Part shown: positions 49,899-60,116 of the stretch, in pieces
How positions within the stretch are numbered: position 1 is the stretch's first letter
Layout of the letters: the number at the start of each line of letters is the position of its first letter
DNA from: Octopus sinensis
Taxonomy: Eukaryota
DNA length: 64,000 nucleotides
Assembly (NCBI RefSeq): GCF_006345805.1
Contig: NC_043026.1
Span: 14,797,579-14,861,578 of the forward strand
Direction of reading: 5' to 3'
Notes under the pieces: model-generated
What the model saw: the letters and a program-made list of their open reading frames with translations, nothing else
The model's database searches: none
What the model was told of the DNA's origin: nothing
Program-made: the position numbers and the translations under genes

Positions 49899-52800
49899 AT
49901 GATGATGATGATAATGAGGATGAGGATGATAATAATGATGATGATGATGATGATGATGATGTTAATAATAATAATGATAATGATAATAGACTATGGAGTT
50001 ACCTTCAAGAAATAGTACTCCCGGTTGATAGTGATTCCACCTGTGATGGTGCTCTTCCTGCCCCAAACATCAACTGTTAAACCACGAACTTTAAGCTGCA
50101 AGGGAAACGGAGGGAATCGGTTTAAATCCCACATTCAAAAATGGAGTACGAGCTATACATGCTCTGCTGCTACATGTGTTGGTCTGTGGCCATGCTGGGG
50201 CACAGTATAAAAAGGGTTTATGTCAAGCAGTTTGAACCCAGGACTTATTTTTTAAGCAATAGTACTCATTCTATCGGTCCTTTTGCCAAACTGTTAGGTC
50301 ATATGGGACATAAACACACTAACACCGGTTGTCAAGCAGTGATGGAGGTACAGGCACAGACACAAAGTCACATACTCGCACCCAAACACACACACACTCA
50401 TATATACTTGTGTGTGTGTGCATATATATATATTTTTTTATTACTTTTTTTACTTTTTTTTACTTTTTATTTTTTACTTTTTTAAACTTTTTTTTAACTT
50501 TTTTTTACTTTTTTTACTTTTTATTAAAATTTTATGTATTGATTAAGTCTTTCCTTGTTTGTTTTGCAAAATAGTGGTTTTGTCTCTAATTGATATTATA
50601 TAATATTTTACTATAAAATTGGATTTAATCCTAAATCTGATTTTTTCCCTGTAAATTTGGATTTATTCCCTAATATTTATTATTATATATATATATATAT
50701 ATATATACAAAAATAAGCAACAAGAATGACTCCGGTAATTTGGTACAATTGTTTCGCACTACAACATTTTATTAAAAGTTATAATTATTACAGCAGATTT
50801 AAGATGTCGAGTGCTCTTCAGCCCAAAATATAAGTTTTCCAATAATACAAAAGCTTTCAAATCAAGTAGTAACATTATAGAGAAGGTAGATATACAGATA
50901 AAGATGTAGAATTAAATTTTAAGAACATATGAGGTTGTGAAGTCCAGCCACTAACTGACCAAACTATGGTTGTATCTAACTGTTATAAGAATTAGAAGTA
51001 ATAAAGAATTTATTTAGTTGTATATATATATGTAAATGGATGATTGAATTATCCTTTGTTTACTGTTAACATGGAAAATTCAATAAACAGTTACCAGAGT
51101 ATTTACTTATACATATATACACATATATATATGTGATGGGCTTCTTTCAGTTTCCATCTGCCAGATCCACTCACAAGGCTTTGGTCAGCTCGAGGCAATA
51201 GTAGAAGATGCCTGCCCAAGGTGCCATGCAGTGGGACTGAACTTGGAACCATGTGGTTGGGAAGCAAGCTTTGTACCGCACGACTCAAATGCACATACAT
51301 TCACATCCACATGCACTATCTTCAAATAAAAGCCAGGATGGTCACAATTGGAATGTCTTTGATCAAAGGTCTTTTGGATCAGGCCTGACATGGGCTTAAG
51401 CAACAAGTTCAACAACCATAACAGTCATGTCCAATTACTCTGCCAGTCCAACAATGGCCATCCAAGCTTGTGCACCCATTTAATAATGTGTTAGATGTAG
51501 GGGATAAGAAGGGGCTTGTTTACTTTTCCTTTGTAGTTATACATGGCCGTATTAAGGGTCATGAGACTGTAGATGTCATCGACGTGTAACACATGGCTCC
51601 AGCTTAGTTTCTCGAGATCGGTGAGGGAAGTGTAGGAGGGTTTAATGAGGCAGGGCCTGAAGTTGTTGTCCAAATTGTACTGGATTCCTGCAAGAGAGAG
51701 ACAGAGAGAGAGAGAGAAATAGAGGGAGAAATAGATATATATATAGGTAGATGGATGGGATGGATGGATAGATAGAGATAGATAGATAGATAGAGAGAGA
51801 GGGGGTAGGTAGGTAGATAGATGGATAGATAGATAGATAGATAGATAGATAGAGAGATAGGTAGATAGATGGATGGATAGAGAGAGAGAGAGAGAGATAG
51901 GTAGGTAGATAGATGGATGGATAGATAGAGATAGATAGATAGAGAGAGAGATAGATAGAGAGAGATAGAGAGAGAGAGAGATAGATAGGTAGATAGATGG
52001 ATGGATAGAGAGAGAGAGAGAGAGAGATAGATAGATATGTAGGCGGATAGATAGATAGATAGATTGAGAGAGAGAGAGAGAGAGATAGGTAGATAGATTG
52101 ATACATAGAGAGAGAGAGAGATAGGTAGGAAGATGGATGTATGGATAGATAGATAGATAGATAGATACAGAGAGAGAGAGAGATGGAGAGATAGAGAGAG
52201 AGAGAGAGGGAGAGATGTTTCTTTATTAGCCACACAGGGCTGCACACAGATGGGACAGATTACAAAGTAGTGCTTTTCTTTTTGGGGAAAAAAAAAGGGT
52301 GGCGTAGGTTTTCGATCAAAAGGGACCATAAAAGGGAAAGAAGGAAAAAAAAGGGAAAAGAAAAAAGAAAAAAAAAGAAAAAAAACGATCAATAGGGATC
52401 GTGTATCAGTGTCATGATGTAAGGTGTAAAGGGGGAAGCAGATAAGGTTTATCCGTGGGAAGAAAAGCCTACAGAAAAGACCACAGTAACCTTGGTCAAT
52501 AATGTTACATGTTACCACATTTGTTTGCAAGTGGGTAACCCTCTGTTTTCAATTTTCTGGGTTCATAGGATTATGCTCAAGGTGGCTTCGTCATTCATAC
52601 GTGCCATCCTTGCTACATTCACCAATCATTTTTTGAAACTTTCGCTAGACAAAACTTGCCTCTCTACTTTCACTTTCCTTTTCAAGTTGATGAGAGATTG
52701 ACCAGAGAGGAAAGTGTTTGTCTCCAATCCTTTCAGATGTGTCCACCAGATACATTCTTTCGCCATTGCCACAAGGATGATGAAAATAGCTAATCCTTCC

Positions 52801-55717
52801 CGTTGGAAGGAAGGAGGCGTGACAATATTGACGATAGATTTGGCTGATAAACCGACTCGTCCCACCCGTGACAGCAGTCGTTCGACATAAGCCCACAGGT
52901 CGGAGATTGTTGGACACTGCACGAGTGCGTGCAGAACAGTTTCGTCGCTCTGACCGCATCTCGGGCAGGTCAGCCCCATGTTTCTCAAGCCGTGTCTGTA
53001 GAGCTTATCCCGAACGGGTAGCACTTCTCAGTAGTACTGCCAGGCCAGGGATCTCTGGAAGTTGTCCATGGGCCCTGGCCCGAAAGTGGTCCTGAACAGG
53101 CGGGTCAGGTATTCCTTGTCGACGTCCAGGTTCGCCCTGAGCTCGTCGTCGTACCTCCCCTCCACTAATCCCCTATAGAATACTTTAGTTGTGTTGAAGT
53201 CACTCAAGGTCGACCCGGGACGGCATAGTTGCTTGAGAGCAATGCGACACTCATGGTGCCGTTCGCCCTTCCTCGGCCTCTTTTTGATCCACGACTGCAG
53301 TTCGGTCATGGAGACAAGTTACGGGAAAGTGTGCCTCACAAACGGCGACCACACCTGTTCACCATCGTCTACATGGAGCCTGAGATGTCGCAGTCTCAGC
53401 ATGTGTCAGTATGTATGGGGAAGTCCTATTATTGTAAAGCTTGTTTACACGGACGTTTTTCTTTCGGAAAACGGACAAAACCTTTTGTAACCTTTCGTCC
53501 TGTTTTGTCCCTTTATGTTTTCCAATCATGTTTGTCAGCCCTTGTGGCCAATAAAAAGAATTAATTATTATTATTATTATTGTTATTATTATTGAGTGAG
53601 AGAGCAGTGCACGCCATCAAAGTGACACTGGGGTAAAATATACGAAGCCCAGTATACCCACCATGACTACCCATCTGATAAGGATACACCAGGCACATGC
53701 ATCACAACCATATGTGCGTGACATGGTGATTTCATATCAAGATAAACAGCACATGACCTTGCAGGTGGGGCCCAGTTAGAATTTTCTTCAGGTTGTGTAA
53801 CCCCATCCCGCTCAAAAGGTCCCTGAATAAGGGTTGTTTAAGATTTGAAAGAACCACCCATGTTTCCAGAGGTGAATTATTCAAACCCCAAAGAATCCCT
53901 CTCACACCATGGCTATGATGCTCCCCACTACTTCTCTGCTCGTGATCAGAGATGCACATATCGTCAGCCCACTAAGGGACATGCTCAACTGTTAAGGTCA
54001 AACAACTGACAAGCAAATCTGTGGTATTGAGCAGAATATTTGCTTAGCCCATCTTTTATACCAAGCAAAAACAATGTACATGATAACATTTCCAATCAGT
54101 TAAATCAGAAGCCATGAGAGCCACTGCCTGTATTATTATTATATTATTACTATCATTATTATTATTATTTTGTGTGTGTGTGTATACGTATTTCTATACG
54201 TCTCTGGAATCAGCTGCAATCAACAAAATCTATTTCTTTTTCTCTTGTTTCTCTTACTGATTTCTCTTCTCTTTCGCAAAAGCTTGAACCCCCCCCCCCC
54301 CAAACATTAGATTCGTTCCTATTCATTTCATTTGGTGTATGTCTGGTTTATGACAGGGTGAAGTAAGTGTGTGTGTGTGTGAGGGGGTGGGGGTGGGGCA
54401 CAGAAGGGACGAAGGGACACCAACCTAGCCGATAATCTGTTATCATCCGTATACTCCGATCCGAAGAGTTACCGTGGACTTCTGGGTAAAACTCCAACCG
54501 CATTAGCTTCTCTTGCCAGTCAAATAGGACCTGGAAGTGGAGTGAGAGTATGAGTGATTGAACAAAAGTGTGAGTGAGGGTACAGCACGGAGTGTAACAA
54601 CAACAACAACAACAGCAGCAGCAGCTAATACTTACATTAAAAACAGACAGCCTGTGATTGCGGGTGTTTATAATCTCACCATGGGTGGTGAACTGGGGTA
54701 GAATGTTGGGTAATTGGTGGTAATATATACTGGTGTTACAGATTACACCTTGGGGTACCTGGAATAGAGAAATAAAGGGTGGTGGTAGTGGTGGTGGTGG
54801 TGGTGGCAGTGGCAGCATACCGTTACGGTGGTTGCTATAACAACAATAGTGATGGTGGTGGTTTTGTTTAGCTTCACATCTGTCCCAGCACTACAGAACT
54901 GTATCGTCTATCTAGATGTTTTGTTGTCCCTTTTTGTATCCCCTAGTTGTCCAGATGTTTTGCGTTCTTGTCCCATTTTGTATTTTATTTTATATATATA
55001 CTAGCAGTATTGCCCGGCGTTGCTCGGGTTTGTAAGGGAAATAACTATATAAGCATTTTTAGAGAGTTACTTCCCTTATATAAACCGAGCAAAAAATGCG
55101 AAAATTGATGGTAAATTTTTTTTAAATCGTAGACTCATCGTAGACACGCGCTAATACCCAGAAGGGCTTGATATGAATCATGACTATAAGATACCCGCTT
55201 TTGGTTAAACTGCACCGCAAAATGTGGGAGTAGTTAGGAATCTAAATCGAAGGGGACAGACACCCACACAACTTCACTTTTATATATGAAGATATGGAGA
55301 ATATGTAGTTAAGTGTAGGGTTTTTAGTTTATATTTATCTCTATACTTAACTGTCTTCTATCTATACAGAGGCTGACCTGAGATATCTTTTTGTTTTTTT
55401 ATCCTGTCAATTTCATGATTATTTATCCAGGGTTTGTTGGTCCTGTTGGCCCTTAGTGTTCCTAAATTGGGGAAATGGTGTTTCACCTACCTGGAAGACA
55501 TCCTCACCAATTGTTGGGGTCGGGTCAAAGGTCAGAAACTGATAGATGTAGGTAAATGGTTCAGTTTTACCATTGCGACGTTTCACTGCAAAGTAGAGAG
55601 GTGGACAGACTATCAGATAGACAGACAGACAGGCAGGAAGGCAGACAGACAGACAGATTGAGAGAGAGAGAGAGAGAGAGACTGGTAGATAGACAAACAG
55701 ACAGATAGATAGACAAG

Positions 55718-55788
<71 letters not shown>

Positions 55789-55890
55789 GTAGATAGATAG
55801 GTAGGTAGGTAGGTAGGTAGATAGAGAGAGATAGATAGATAGAGAGATAGATAGATTGATAGATAGATAGACAGACAGATAGATAGATAA

Positions 55891-55927
<37 letters not shown>

Positions 55928-57484
55928 TAGATAGATAGATAGATAGACAGATAGATAGATAAATAGATAGACTGGTAGATGGACAAACAGACAGGCAGAT
56001 AGTTAGATAGACAGACAGACTGATAAATAAGTTGACAGATAGACAGACTAACAGACAGACAGATAAATAAGTGGACAGATAGACAGACTAACAGACAGAC
56101 AGATAGACATGTAGATAGATAGATAGACAAATAGGTAGATAAATAAATATATATATAGAGAGAGAGATAGGCCGACAAACAACAGACATATAGACAGATA
56201 GATAGACAGGCATGATAATAGTACAAAGAGCACCATACGAGTGTGATCGCTGACAGAGAGGCTATTCAAGTGTGATCGTTGCCGGCGTCGCTTTGCTGGC
56301 ACTTGTGCCTGTGCTAGTAGGGAGCCAAGTACACCATCTGAGCGTGATCGTTGTCATCGTTGCCAGAGCAGCCAACTGTCTTCCTTACCCATGGCACGTA
56401 AAAAGGGCACCATTCGAGCGTGATCGTTACCAACGTCGCTTCACTGGCACCTGTGTCGGTGGCACGCGTAAAAAGATTCGAGCGAGGTCATTGCCAGTAC
56501 CGCCTGACTGGCCCCCGTGCAGGTGGCACGTAAAAAAAAGCACCCACTACACTCTCGGAGCGGTGGGCGTTAGGAAGGGCATCCAGCTGTAGAAACTCTG
56601 CGAGGTCAAGATTGGAGCCCGGCGCAGCCATCTGGTTGCCAGCCCTCAGTCAAAACCGTCCAACAGCATGGAAACGGACGTTAACCGATGTTGATGATGA
56701 TGATGATGATGATGAATAGAGACAGTCACACAGACAGACAGACAGACAGACAGACAGGCAGGCAGGCAGAGAGAAAGAGAGAGAGAGAGAATAGCATTGA
56801 ACTTACCAATTCCTTTCATCTCCACGCGGACCGGGCCTGTTGTTTCCAGTGAGAGGAAAGCTGTGTCTGCTCGCAGGAAATACTCAATGGTCATATTCAG
56901 AGATGGCTCGCATACACAGCTGCGGACAGCCTTCACTGGTATACCATCGATCTATTGTGGGGTGAGGGCACAAAGATAAAAACAAAAAAAAAAAACTGGT
57001 GAAGTTGAACACCTTATTTGGCCTCAGATCTCAATATTATTGAACATTTATGGTGCATTTTAAAAAAACAAGTAAGGAGTCAATATCCTCCACCATCATC
57101 ACTACAACAACTGGAGATTGTTTTAGCTGAAGAATGAACAAAAATTCCTTTGGAAACAATTCAAACTTTGTATGCATCCGTACCTTGTAGAATTCAAACT
57201 GTAATTATTGCCAAAGGCAGTCTTCCCCAAATTAAAATAAATTTGTTTGAAATATTAAGGTTTTCCAATATTTTGTCCAACCCCTGTATGTGTGTATCGT
57301 TGGCGATTTTTTTTCCTCTGTCTTCCCTTCTCTGGATCTTTCCTTCTGCTATGTTTCCGACGAAGAGCTCCGCTCGATACATTAAACCCTTCTTCTTTTC
57401 TTCTTTCCTGAGCGTCCAATAATACTATATTTGTTCCACATCCTCGCGTTGTTGTGTCTTTTTGTGATTTCTTGTTTGGATTAA

Positions 57485-57525
<41 letters not shown>

Positions 57526-58070
57526 CTGGAATTTTGCAAAGTGAGGACACAAGGTCAGAAGGGAATACAATTCCAGGAGAAAAGGACATAATAACATTAC
57601 ATAGAAGGGGGACACTTCCTTTCTTGAGGTTGGTACATGCCCCTCAGGCCCCCCCACTAAGGTCTGCTCTTGTATATAATTGAACTGAAACTTATATGTG
57701 TGTGTGTGTGTGTGGTGTGTACATATTACTGTGGAGTAAAGACAAGCATTTCTTCAAAAGAATACAACAAAAGAGGAAACAAATAAAAAAAATACAACCC
57801 CCCCCCAATAAATCAATGAAGAAATCGTTAAATTAATGAAGAGAAATGGAAGTAACGAAGGAGAAGCACCTACCACAGCATCAGCAACTTGAGCCTCAAA
57901 ATTGGTATTCAAGCGGAATATATCCACACAACTCTTGAAGGGGATGTCAAAGTTTGCTTTTGAGCTGAGTGGGGAAACCCAGCAGGAGGTGGCTGTGGAA
58001 AGAGTAGACAGAAATATGTGTATTTACATGTGCAGGGGTATATATATATATATGTATGTATATATATATA

Positions 58071-58126
<56 letters not shown>

Positions 58127-59284
58127 TTGTAATGTTGGCAAATGGAATAAGTATAAAAATGAACATTGTCTATTTAATTAAAAAATTCTATATGTGCCTG
58201 AAGAGTGCTCTACATTTTAAAACTGATGTAATACTTACATTGTTTAATTAAATGAAGTAGCGTGAAACGATTGTACTACACTACCTTGGATATCCTTGTT
58301 GCTTATTTTGATTATATATATATATGAGATTCCTAATGCCTATATATCATCATCATCATCATCATCGTCGTTCAAGCGGATGTTAAACGACGATGATAAT
58401 GATGCTGATGATTAGGAATGTTATCCAGCTGTAGAAACCCTGCCAGATAAGATTGGAGTGTGGTGCAGCCTTCTGGCTCGCCAGTCCTCAGTCAAACCGT
58501 CCAACCCATGCCAGCATGGAAAGCAGACGTTAAATGACGACAACGATGATATATATATATATATTTTATTCTTTTACTTGTTTCAATCATTTGATTGTGG
58601 CCATGCTCGAGCACTGCCTTCAGTTGAGCAAATCAACCCCAAAACTTATTCTTTGTAAGGCTTGTACTCATTCTATCGGTCTCTTTTGCTGAACCTCTAG
58701 GTTGCACAATCCCTGGATCTTACATTTATACTTACATATATACATATATACCATCATCATCATTGTTTAACGTCCGTTTTCCATGCTAGCATGGGTTGGA
58801 CGGTTCAACTGGGGTCTGGGAAGCCAGAAGGCTGCACCAGGCTCAGTCTGATCTGGCAGTGTTTCTACAGCTGGATGCCCTTCCTAACGCCAACTACTCT
58901 GTGAGTGTAGTGGGTGCTTTTTACGTGCCTGGCAAACGGCCACGATCGGATGTTGCTTTTTATGTGCCACTGGCACGGGCGCCAGACAAAGCTGGCAACA
59001 GCCACGAACGGATGGTGCTTTTTACGTGCCACCGGCACGGAGGCCAGTGAGTGTGTGCATATATATATATATATACACACACATACGCATATCTATCTAT
59101 ATATATAAAGTTAAATGCATCTATGTGTATGTATATATACCTATTTCTCTATATATCTATATATATCTATATATCTGTGTCTATCCCTCCTTCTCTCCTT
59201 CTCTCTCTATCTATACCACACACACACACACACACACACACACGCATATGTAGAGTAGTGGTTGTAATCATGTTGTTATTGTTG

Positions 59285-59316
<32 letters not shown>

Positions 59317-59456
59317 GGTGGTGCTGTGTACCGAATTGCACAAGGGCAGATTAACCTATTTAGACCACTGTCACAAGACCAAGAAGTATTTACATAGAAA
59401 GCGAGAGAGGGAGAGGGAGGGAGAGAGGGAGGGTAAGAGTGGGTGGGTGGATGGAA

Positions 59457-59490
<34 letters not shown>

Positions 59491-60085
59491 AGGAACTCTG
59501 ATTGCTGTCATGTGATGCATATGAGCGGGAAATGATGCTGGACAGATAATAAAGCAGTGTGTGTGTGTGTGTGTATTTGCATACACACAGATACACACAC
59601 ACACACACACGTACGCACACACACACACACACACACACAACACACATACACGCACACATGTTATTATATATTATGATATCCATACATATATACTAATACA
59701 CTCACACATGTGCATGTGTGTGTGTATATATATATATATATATCCACATTATATGTCCGCACATGTATACACCCATATATGTACATGCATATATATATAT
59801 ATATACATACACATACACACACACACATACATACATCATACATACATACATACATACATACATACATACATACATACATACACACATACATACATGCACA
59901 TACATACATACATACAAGCATACATACATACACACATACACACATACACACATACATACATACATACATATATACACACATACATACATATATACATACA
60001 TACATACATACACACACATACATACATATGTACATACGTACATACAACCATACATACATACATACATATATACATACATACATAT

Positions 60086-60116
<31 letters not shown>

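Noticed and set aside
48416-49975. Poly-Asp protein from the (GAT)n run
   Set aside because: Frameshifted intronic microsatellite lying between two bona fide minus-strand exons.
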